From Sphyrna mokarran (taxonomy: Eukaryota): a stretch of DNA of 64,000 bases. Below, piece by piece: positions 24,646-35,169 of this stretch. The first letter of the stretch is position 1. The number at the start of each line of letters is the position of its first letter. The notes under the pieces were generated by a model that saw nothing but the letters and a program-made list of their open reading frames with translations, searched no databases and had not been told where the DNA came from. The translations under genes were made by a program, and so were the position numbers. The stretch covers positions 2,480,001 through 2,544,000 of the forward strand of contig JAGIQG010000043.1 in the NCBI GenBank assembly GCA_024679065.1, written 5' to 3'.

Positions 24646-27552
24646 TTAAACAGTCCTAATATATCCCTCTATCTGCATACCGCTCATGTGGCTGTCCAAG
24701 AGACCCTTAAACAGCCCCAGCGTGCCTGCTCCCACCACCTTACTCGGCAGTGCATTCCACACCCCCACTACCCTTTGTGTGAAAAACTGCCCTCTAATAT
24801 TCGTCCTATACATAGCCCCCCTCACCCTATGGCCATGACCTCTCGTCCTATCCATTTCTAAAGGTGGAAAAAGTTTACCTCCATTTACTCTATCTATACC
24901 CCTTATAATCTTATACACCTCTATGAGATCCCCTCTAAGCCGACGTCTTTCAAGGGAAAACAACCCCAGTCTATCTAATCGTTCCTCATAGGACAGTCCT
25001 TCCATACCAGGCAGCATCCTGGTAAACCTCCTCTGCACTCTCTCCAAGGACTCCACATCCTTCCGATAGTACGGAGACCAGAACTGGGCACAGTATTCCA
25101 AGTGAGGCCTAACCAAAGTTGTATACAACTGCAACATCAAACTCCTACTCTTATATTCTATACCCTTTTCTATGAAAGCTAACATACTATACGCCTTCTT
25201 TATCACCTTCTCCACCTGTGAGGACACCTTCAGAGACTTGTGAACCTGCACCCCCAAGTCTCTCTGCGTCTCTATGCTCCTTATAGTTTTACCTTTTATC
25301 CTATAATTCTCTTCTACATTTTTCCGGCCAAAATGCATCACCTCGCATTTTTCCGGATTAAATTCCATTTGCCATCTATCTGCCCAATCTACCAACCTGT
25401 CTATGTCCTGTTGTATTGCCTGACACTGCTCTTCTGTACCCGCCAATCCAAGCATCTTGGTGTCATCAGCAAATTTGCTGATCTCACCACCTACCCCTAC
25501 TTCCAAGTCGTTTATGTAGACCACAAATAGAAGAGGACCTAGTACTGAGCCTTGTGGCACTCCACTAGTGACAGGCTTCCAGCCGGAAAAAGAGCCTTCC
25601 ACTACTACCCTCTGTCTCCTCCTCCCGAGCCAGTTCTCGACCCATCTACATACCCGACCCTGTATCCCATGCGCCTTCACCTTCTCTATCAGTCTACCAT
25701 GAGGAACCTTGTCAAACGCCTTACTGAAATCCATGTAGACGACATCAACAGCATGTCCTTCATCAACTGTTTTTGTCACTTCTTCAAAAAATTCCACTAG
25801 ATTTGTAAGACAAGACTTCCCCTTGACGAAGCCATGCTGCGTATCCCTGATCAGATCGCAGCGCTCCAGATGCTCATACATCCTGTCCCTGAGGATCCTC
25901 TCCATTAGCTTACCTATAACTGAAGTCAAGCTCACCGGCCTATAGTTCCCTGGGTTATCCCTCTGACCTTTTTTAAACAACGGTACTACGTTTGCTATCC
26001 TCCAGTCCTCTGGGACCTCACCTGTGTCCAAGGAAGAGACAAAGATTTGCGTCAGAGGCCCAGCCAAGTCTTCCCTCAACTCCCTTAGCAGCCTGGGGTA
26101 AATGCCATCAGGCCCCGGAGCTTTATATGTCTTTAAGCTGCCTAACAGCCCCAACACCTCTTTCCTCGTAATCCTTATTTCCCTCAACCAATCCTCAACT
26201 TTGTCAACATCAGGCACAGACATCTGTCCAGTCTCCTGCGTGAATACCGACGCAAAGTATTCATTCAGGATCTCCCCCATTCCCTCAGGCTCTAAGCACA
26301 GATCCCCTCCACTGTCCCTAAGAGGTCCAATCTTGCCTCTAACCATCCTTTTGCTCCTTACATAGGAGTAAAATGCCTTTGGATTTTCCTTAATCCTACC
26401 TGCCAGAGCCACCTCGTGGCCCCTTTTTGCCTTTCTAATACCCCTTTTAAGATCCCGTCTACACTCTCTATAAGCTTCCAGCGCTATCTCAGTCCCTAGT
26501 TGCCTAGATCTAATGTAAGACTCTATCTTTTTCTTGATCAAGTCCTCAATCTCCCTGGTAAGCCAAGGTTCTCTAATCCTACCTTTCCCATCCTTCCTCC
26601 TTGCCGGCACATATCTTTCCTGCAGAGAGTTTAGTTTTCCCTTGAAAGACTCCCACATGTACCTCGTCGACCTGCCCTCAAAAAGCTTATCCCAGTCCGT
26701 ATCTTTAAGATCTTGCCTAATCTGGCCGTATCTAGCCCTCCCCCAGTTAAATACCCTCCCTTTTGGGCCAGTCTCGTCCTTTTCCATTAATATCCTAAAG
26801 CAGACAGAGTTGTGATCACTATTTGACACCTGCTCTCCTACCTCGACGTCAACCACCTGGCCTGGCTCATTCCCCAGAACCAAATCCAGTATAGCCCCCT
26901 CTCTAGTCGGGCCATCCACATACTGCTCCAAGGACCCTTCCAAAACACACTGTACAAATTCCTCCCCATCCACTCCTACAGCCCTGGGCACACTCCAATC
27001 TACTCCAGGAAAATTGAAATCTCCCACCACTACCACCCTATTTTTCCTACACTTATCTAAAATGTCCCTGCATATCCCTTCTTCCGCAGCCTGCGGGCTG
27101 TTGGGCGGTCTGTAGTAAACACCCAACAGAGTAACCACTCCCTTCCTATTCCTCAACTCCACCCATAGAGACTCAATTCCTAAATCATCCATACCTCTCT
27201 CCCTCTGCACTGCTATGACGTTGTCCTTAACTAATAAAGCCACTCCCCCGCCTCTCTTCACACCAACTCTGTCACACCTAAAACACTTATACCCTGGAAT
27301 ATTCAATTGCCAGTCTTGCCCCTCCTTCAACCACGTCTCGGTCACCGCCACCACGTCTAAACTCCTCGTGAACATTATTGCCTTCAGTTCATCTGTTTTG
27401 CCAGTCACACTCCTCACATTAAAACACATGCACTGAAGACCCTCAGCTCTCGGATATTCCTTTCTACCTACTGGTGTTACCCTATCATCCCTCTCTCTCC
27501 CACTCCCAGTTCCCGCTGTCTCCCCACCCTCCCTCCCTATTAGTTTAAACAT
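24646..27552 (-). CDS. CR1 ORF2: APE endonuclease plus reverse transcriptase, 968 aa, uninterrupted
   Basis: Endonuclease motifs NVRS, VTETW, GDFN, LDL, SDH. RT motifs [37 protein letters not shown]1 C-terminus LVRPHLEYC...[11 protein letters not shown]. Confidence 0.97.
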   Translation of the reverse strand: MFKLIGREGGETAGTGSGRERDDRVTPVGRKEYPRAEGLQCMCFNVRSVTGKTDELKAIMFTRSLDVVAVTETWLKEGQDWQLNIPGYKCFRCDRVGVKRGGGVALLVKDNVIAVQRERGMDDLGIESLWVELRNRKGVVTLLGVYYRPPNSPQAAEEGICRDILDKCRKNRVVVVGDFNFPGVDWSVPRAVGVDGEEFVQCVLEGSLEQYVDGPTREGAILDLVLGNEPGQVVDVEVGEQVSNSDHNSVCFRILMEKDETGPKGRVFNWGRARYGQIRQDLKDTDWDKLFEGRSTRYMWESFKGKLNSLQERYVPARRKDGKGRIREPWLTREIEDLIKKKIESYIRSRQLGTEIALEAYRECRRDLKRGIRKAKRGHEVALAGRIKENPKAFYSYVRSKRMVRGKIGPLRDSGGDLCLEPEGMGEILNEYFASVFTQETGQMSVPDVDKVEDWLREIRITRKEVLGLLGSLKTYKAPGPDGIYPRLLRELREDLAGPLTQIFVSSLDTGEVPEDWRIANVVPLFKKGQRDNPGNYRPVSLTSVIGKLMERILRDRMYEHLERCDLIRDTQHGFVKGKSCLTNLVEFFEEVTKTVDEGHAVDVVYMDFSKAFDKVPHGRLIEKVKAHGIQGRVCRWVENWLGRRRQRVVVEGSFSGWKPVTSGVPQGSVLGPLLFVVYINDLEVGVGGEISKFADDTKMLGLAGTEEQCQAIQQDIDRLVDWADRWQMEFNPEKCEVMHFGRKNVEENYRIKGKTIRSIETQRDLGVQVHKSLKVSSQVEKVIKKAYSMLAFIEKGIEYKSRSLMLQLYTTLVRPHLEYCAQFWSPYYRKDVESLERVQRRFTRMLPGMEGLSYEERLDRLGLFSLERRRLRGDLIEVYKIIRGIDRVNGGKLFPPLEMDRTRGHGHRVRGAMYRTNIRGQFFTQRVVGVWNALPSKVVGAGTLGLFKGLLDSHMSGMQIEGYIRTV

Positions 27553-28443
27553 TTCTGAAACACTCCAGCTAACCTCCCAGCTAAAATATGTGTTCCCCTC
27601 CCAGTCAACTGCTCCCTATCCCTCGTGAATAGGTGACCCTCCCTCCTGAAGACTTCCCAATGATCAATAAATATGAAGCCTTCTGCCCTACACCAATCCC
27701 TCATCCATGCATTTAGTTGGAGTGTCTCATTTATTACCCAATCGGTCCCGGGCACAGGCAGCAGCCCAGAGAACGCCACCCTGGAGGCCCTACCTTTCAG
27801 TTGAGCCCCCAACTCCCTAAACTGTCTACGTAAGTCCCCCCTGCGCTTTCTTCCTACATCTTTCTGTCCTATGTGAACTATTACATTTGCCTTAGACCCT
27901 TCTCCCTTCAAAATTCCCTCTACCCTCTCTGATACATCCTGGACCCCTGCTCCAGGGAGGCAGACTACCATCCTGGAGTCTCTCTTTTCCCCACAGAATC
28001 TCCTATCGATCCCTTTAACCATCCCATCCCCCACCACTATCTCACCTCCTGCTTTCCCGCCGGTCTCTGTGGCATTCTGTTCCCCCTCACCTGCCCTCTC
28101 CATCACAGCTTTTACCCCCCCCCTTGGTTTTCTGGGAATCCTCCTTAGAGATGGCCTTTGTGCCTTGATTTTTGTTCTTGTTCCTTGTAACTGTACCCAG
28201 CCCATCCCTACTACTAGATCCTGGGGTCCCTGCAGGTCTGCCTTCCCTATTCATTGTATCCTCATTTTCCCTCACTAGACAAACGTCCTCCAAGCGCAGC
28301 TCCAGCTGTCTCAACTTTGCTCGTAAACGTTGCAGTTCTAAACATTTTGCGCATATGTGGGCCTTCGGCAGACGTGATGCCTCCAAGAAGGTCCACATAT
28401 GGCAGCGTACACAGTGGACGCGTTTGGCCAAGTATCGTGGCAT
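27540..28443 (-). CDS. CR1 ORF1, split by one frameshift near a C9 run at 28115-28123
   Basis: 28087..28443 encodes CxxC..CxxC plus the coiled coil LRQLELRLED. 27540..28205 encodes an esterase-like region (IVVGDGMVKGIDRRFC, VCLPGA, VHIG). Confidence 0.85.
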
Positions 28444-29579
28444 TTTATATACCCCTTTAAAGGTGATTAGGTAAGAAGCACGTTACTCACTGCGTCCTAG
28501 CCTGCGCTCACCCAAGCCCAATGAGCTTAAGCCCTTGTTGTTCTCACTCTAATTCCCGTCTCACTCCACTGCCCGCTCCCGACGCTGCCCGCTGTCTTAC
28601 CTTGGCCTTCCTTTTATACTCCCGCGCTTCCTCCCCTGCAGCCCCCCGCGCCTACCTCCCGCTACGGAGCGCCGAAATAAACACTCTACCAAATAAAGTA
28701 CAAGACAGAAATTGCAAGTCAGGATTCTCTCCAGCCACTCTCCAAATAACTCTGCTCCGGAGAACAGTAAGGCGCACCAGGTTAAGGAAGGTCTAATTTG
28801 GGCCAATTTGTTAACACCAATTAACCTAACATCACGTTTTTGGGATGTAGGAGGAAACCGAGCACCCAAAGAAAACTCACGTAAGCATGGGGAGAATGTG
28901 CAAACTCCCAAAGACACCGGCCCAAGCCCAATTACATTACTGTGGCTCTGGAGTTCATATGTCGGGCAAACCAAATGAGGAAAAGAAATCTCCTTCCCTA
29001 AAGCGCATTAATGAAATTTTACTGAACATGTATGTGAGGAAAACAAAGCAAACTCGCTTGAACAGGGTAGTTCCTTTCATCTGATCATGGGGTCACAGTT
29101 TTTACTGTCTGAACACTTATTCCAGCTGTTAGTTCTTACCCGCTTTTACTCACCATAAACCATGCAAAAGCAAGAAAATGAGTTTTGCATATAATAATTC
29201 TTTGGATATCTTTACGTGCTATTTCTACATGTCTTGTGACCTGTTTGTTTCTGTACGGTTAATGGCCGCAGTTTGACCTGAGCTCAAACACAAAGAGTTT
29301 TGTCCCTTTCAGATACAGTGGAAATTATGACGGGCCGTGAAATGGAAAGTCTGACACAAGTTTGGTGCGGTGTGCAGGTGAATTCCACCTTCACTTGACA
29401 CAGTGTGGTCATCGACAATGCGTCATAGCGATGAACAGGCAGTATGTTTTCAGACAGTGTTACAGTACAGTAATTCTATGGTGATACGTTTTCTATTTCA
29501 GCTGAATTTTAATTCATTCGCGGGATGTGAAGTTCTTAGCAAGGCAGAGTGCATTGTTCTTTCGAAAATGATGATGTCC

Positions 29580-29995
29580 AAATTTCTGCAGGCTAGGTGG
29601 ATTGGCCGTGCTAAATTGCCCATAGTGTCCAAAGGTGTGCAGGTTGTGTGGATTGGCCATGCTAAATTGTCTCTTAGTGTCCAAAGACGTGCAGGTTAGG
29701 GTGGATTGGCCACGCTGAATTGTCTCTTAGTGTCCAAAAATGTGCAGGTTGGATGGATTGACCATGCTAAATTGTCCCTTAGTGTCCAAAGATGTGCTGA
29801 TTAGATGGATTGGCCATACTAAATTCCCCTTAATATCCAAAGATGTGCAGGTTAGTTGGGTTCGCCGTGCTAAATTGTTCCTTAGTGTCAGAGAGACTAG
29901 CTCGGGTAAATGCACGGGGTTATGGGGATAGGGCCTGCATGGAATTGTGGTCGGTGCTGACTCGATGGGCCGAATGTAGGATTTGATGATTCCAT
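29580..29995 (+). repeat. 52-bp SINE-unit tandem array (about 6 copies) plus SINE tail
   Basis: Same unit as at 42350. Confidence 0.88.
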
Positions 29996-30489
29996 GATGA
30001 CCCACCCTCTTTAAACGCTGTGTTCGCTCACAGTTCGCGTTAGGGAAGAGTTACCAGATTTATAACAAGCACAGTGACGGAACAGTTCGTGGTTTGGTTC
30101 CAAATCAGAATGCTCCGCACTTCAAGGGCCACTTTATCATTCCGGTGATCCTATTTATCTGTCCTTCTCTGTTGGTGTGTGAACTGGCAGGAATTCAAAA
30201 TATAATTATAGACTGCCTTCAGGGCAGAAGGATGCACTAATTTATCCACATTACTCACCTTATAAAGAACAAAAAATGATATAGCACGGGGAAACAGGCC
30301 CTTTGGCCCAACCAGTCCGCGCCGCCATTTTACCATTATGAGTGCCCTCCTCCAACTATGACATTTGTCTACACCTAGTGGGGAAGATTGAGGGAGAACT
30401 AATTTTGGGACAATTTGTTACACTAATCAACTTAAAAGCACATTTTTGGGGTCTGGGAGGAAACCTGTTATCTCCGTAACAGTGCAGAT

Positions 30490-30945
30490 TTACCACGGCT
30501 AATCCACCTAAACTACACATCTTTGGACACTATGGGACAATGAACTATGGCCAATCCACCTAATCTGCACACTTTGGACGCTGGGGCAATTTAGCATGGC
30601 CAATCCACCTAACCTGCTTAACTTTGGACACTATGGCGCAATTTACCATGGGCAATCCACCAAACCTATACAGTTTTGGACACTAAGGGACAATTTAGCA
30701 TGGCCAAACCACCTAACCTGCACATCTTTGGACACTATGGGGCAATTTCGCATTGCCAATCCACCTAACCTGCACATCTTTGGACACTCAGGAGCAATTT
30801 AGCATGGCCAATCCACCTAACCTACTCACCTTTGGACACTAAGGGGCAATTTGGCATGGCCAATCCACCTAAACTACACACTTACAGATACTAGGGGCAA
30901 TTTAGCATGGCCAATCCACCTAGCCTAAGCACTTTGGGACAACAA
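30490..30945 (-). repeat. 52-bp SINE-unit tandem array (about 8-9 copies)
   Basis: Reverse complement of the same unit (GGCCAATCCACCTAACCTGCACATCTTTGGACAC). Confidence 0.88.
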
Positions 30946-33900
30946 GAGGCTAATCTGTATTACAAACTATCCTATGAATTTAGCATTACTTATTTATCTT
31001 TTCGGCTCATCGTTGAACACTAAAGCGCAGTTTGGCATGGTCAATCCACCTACTCTGCACATGTTTGAAAAATAAGGAATAATTTAGATGGCTAATCAGG
31101 CTAAACGATGCATTTTTGGAAAGGAAGGGGCAATTTAGCAGCGCCAATCCACCCAGACTGCACATTTTCTGACTGTGGGAGGAAAACGGACCACCCAGAG
31201 AAATCCTGCGCAGATATGAGAACATGCAAACTCCACGCAGATAGTCACCCAAGGCAGGAATCGAAGCCAGGCCCCAGGCGCTGTGAGGCAGAACTGCTAA
31301 CAGCTGTGCCAGCATGCTGTAATGCAATTCTGTTCAATCTAATTCATTCCGTAAAGAGGTGGCACATGGTTCCTGATGCAAGCTGCCTCATAAAGAGAAG
31401 TGAAAATATTCTATGAATTATGTGTGAGTTGATTGAAATTATGTTGGAAATCTCGGTGATTTGCTGCTTGAGCATAGAATGTACAAACTGCAGTTTCTCT
31501 GACCTGCAGATGACATGGGTGTGTCTGTTGCTACTCAGAGGGGGTTTCTGCAAATTGTACTCAACACTTAGGAATGCTTGCAAATAGTGATCAATTTTCT
31601 TTTGAATAGCTTCCTGTAATATTGTTTAATTGTAAACCAGCAGTTTCTCTGTGCAGCTAAATCTATCTCGAATGCCCAACTGTCTGCGGTTTTACATTGT
31701 GTCTCAGCTTCTGGATCTGTTGAGGCAGTTGGATAGGTGTAGCACCCCAACTATAAACAAACGAAAAACCACATTGAACTGAAGTCTCGGACAACTTTCT
31801 GCCTCAACCTGGTCAGAATCTTGAACAGCGATTTCTGCTTTTGATGTGCGTTGCACAGTCCCTGAAATGGCTGTGAGCGAGGCGTCTTTCTTAAGGTCAT
31901 ACCATGCAAGTGTGGCCATAGCCAGCGCCTCTCCGTCTTTCTCGATCTGCTACCAAGCCTCGCTCTCTGTTGCAAAATCTCATGACTGTTTTGCTTGACT
32001 TTAAAGGTCATCGGTTTTTTTGCAGAACATTTCAACCACTCCAAAAGGAGCGCCCTCTATGTTCACCTCCCAACCTGTTGTGGCGCCAATTCGATCAAAC
32101 AGAGCCTTCACCTTAAGATGTATGGATCCAGCTATTGTCTCCAAGTTCTGTTCCTCATCATTCTTTTGAATGTTCCCTGGCGGAATAATGGCTACAGGGC
32201 CTTGTAGAGAAACTAGAACATTGAATTTGCTGTTTCAATATTCTTATTGGATCAACTGTCGAATGAGAGTCTCCCAAAAATGAAAAATTTGACCCAATGG
32301 CAGTTTATAAGTGTTTTCGTTCTGTTAGAATGGTGCATGTTGACGCTTTGCAGTAAGTACCACAGAAAACCATGTTCTAAACTCTATCTAATTAGGGCTT
32401 TGTTTCACTAAAGTGGCTGATCTACTGGGATGTGTAGCTGAGACATCTGAATAAATGTCCTTGTAATATTCGCAACTTATAAATACTAACTCGTTTCTCG
32501 TTTCATAACAGAGTCAATTACTCCCATTCAAAATACTTTTTACACAATGTGTTTTGATCTTTAACATTTGAATTTGGAGTCTAGGTGTTTGATCAATAGT
32601 TTGAACCCCTATTTTCCAGCAACAACATTAAATTCATTGATCCTGCTTCTTCCAGTCACCATTGACTTTTACACCATTGACTAAGTTCCTGGGCGGCACG
32701 GTGACACAGTGGATAGCACCGCTGTCTCGCTGCAGCAGGGACTGGGTTATGAGTGACTGAACATCGACAGGTCACTTGGTTAGATACCAAAGATCCATTA
32801 TCCTCTCGGCGCAGGAAAATCTTCTCTCATCCTGAAATGGCAATTTCTTTGCCCTGAGATTACGTGACATATTTTCCAGCCAAGGGGGAATCAAATGCTT
32901 TCGGATCTGGCATATCACCTTCATCAAAATATTGTCTTTCAATGTTTTGAAGTCTCATTTTTTCTGTTCTACAGAAAATATAAACATAATTTTCCCAGTC
33001 GAACGTCACATAACCACCCTCTCTTTCAAAGGATCAATGATAGATTATTAGGAGTTGGGGACCAAATGTAGTGTGTCCAAGTACACAGATTAATCAGGAA
33101 TGGTTAATCAGGAATGTCAACTGACCATCATACCGTCGACAGCATGTGCAACCACTCAGCATGTGTAGAGATGGTTTTGGATGTTAGAGAACAAATAACC
33201 AGGCAACTGCTATTTTAATAGGCCTGTTTGTCAGTATAAAGAACGTTTTTCACCCAGTAAAGGGTATGCTGGCTTTCTAGAAGCGCAATGATAAATAAAC
33301 AATATTACTGTCCCTATATGAAGATAACCTATATAAAGATAAAGGACATAGATTAGCTTAAATAGAACAAATTGCGTTACTTTTATTTAGTTTTGAGTAT
33401 GGAGTCTTGTCTGTTTCTGTGTTCTATCACCATTTGTCGTTTCTATAAAAAAAAAGAACGAATGCATATTTGTAGAAAAGGGCAAAATATCGGGAGCTGC
33501 CTGGCATGGGTTTAGCAGAATTTGTCAAAAGACGCAACAGGAATTAATAAAAATGACGATTGAGGTGCCTGAGACAGGATCTGTAAAGTAGAACACTGCA
33601 AGTTTAAATATCAATGTCCAACAATGGGCTGTTTAGATGGATTGACCATGCTTAATTGTCCCTTAGAACAAAGAAGAGTACAATACAGCCTTTCGGCCAT
33701 CCAAATCAGCGCTGTTCATGCACCCAACTAGACTATTTGTTTGCATCCCTCTATTCCCAGTCTGGTCATGTAGCTATCTAGAATAAGTCTTAAACGATCT
33801 CAGCGTGTCCACCTCAACCACCTTGCATGGCAGTGCATTTCAGGCCCCCACCACCCTCTGTAAAATTCGTCCCCTTGACATCTGTGCTGAACCTTGCTGC

Positions 33901-35169
33901 CCCCCTCCCCCTCAGCTTGAACTTGTGACCCCTTGTGCTCGTCACCTCCGACTTGGGAAAAACCTTCCCACTGTTCACCCTATTGATGCCTTTCATAATT
34001 TTATCCACCTCTATTTGGCCTAGTGTCCAAAGATGTACAGGTATTCTAGATTGGTCATGCAACATTGCCCCTTAGTGGCCACAGATGTGCAGTTTTCTGA
34101 TTGACCATGCTTAGTTGTTTCTTAGTGTCCAAAGGTGTGCAGGATACCAGATTTACCATGCTAAATTGCGCCTTAGTGGTTAAAGATGTGCAGGTTAGGT
34201 GGATTGGACACGCTAAATTGTCTCCTAGTGTCAGGGGAATTAGTAGGGTAAGTATGTGGGGTTACGGCAAAAACGCCTGGATGCGTTTGCTGGCAGTGCA
34301 GGCTCAATGAGCTAAATGGCCCTCGTTCTGCACTATAGGAGTTTTATGGTTCTATAAGTTAACTTCTCCAAGATTTTATCAATTGTCAATTTTCAGCATC
34401 CTGTTTTGCATGAACCTGACTGTATCTCCTACATTTCAAAAGTAAGTGCATTTGCATAGACATATCACCGGCTACCGAGAACCAGGGACATCCTATGTTC
34501 GGGCCAGACTCGACATTAAGCTAGGCGACTGTAATCTCTCTGAAATAATGTGGGTCATGCCCTGTTGCAACTCATGCAAAGCATAGAGGCAGCACTAACT
34601 GCTCATATATCAGAGTATCAAAGGATGGTTTCGATTTCATGCTTTTCTAACACAATAAATGAAAAAAGTACAGAACAGTTTGGTACCATTCGGCCTATCA
34701 GCTGCTGTTAATGTTCCAGAGGTACCCCATTCCTTCTTTCTATCACCCCATCAACATATCCTTCTACTTCTTTCTCTCCTTTGTGTCTATCCAGTTGCTC
34801 AGTAAAAATACATCTTTGTCATTCATCTCAAGCAGACGTGAGAAGGAAAATGGGGCAACTAACGCCATAATCAGGACGATTTTAATAGTGCAATTTTTTA
34901 TTAATTGGCACATTTTAATTTGATTTTGTCTGTTTTATTATTGTCACATGTATTACTATAGAACTAAAAATGGGCCCACATTGCATTAAGTTGAACTTTC
35001 TTTGCAGCATGGCGATGATTCAGACACTACACTCTCCTTTCCTTCTCTACGAACGGTATAATTTGTCTGTACAGCGGGCAAGAAATAATAGTTTTCACTG
35101 TTTCGCAGTATATGTCACAATAATACAATTAAATCAATGTACTTGATGAATGGTGTGCTTTGTCTGCGT

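Larger units (their letters stand above)
24170..28930 (-). mobile_element. Near-intact full-length CR1-clade LINE
   Basis: GC-rich 5' UTR, ORF1 (Zn-finger/coiled coil plus SGNH esterase), intact ORF2, and a 3' UTR ending GGGCCGAAGGGCCTGTTTCCCGTGCTG followed by an A-rich tail. Confidence 0.93.

Noticed and set aside
29399-29440. CACAGTG heptamer as a possible RSS (another at about 142)
   Set aside because: No ACAAAAACC-like nonamer at 12- or 23-bp spacing, and no adjacent V, D or J coding end.
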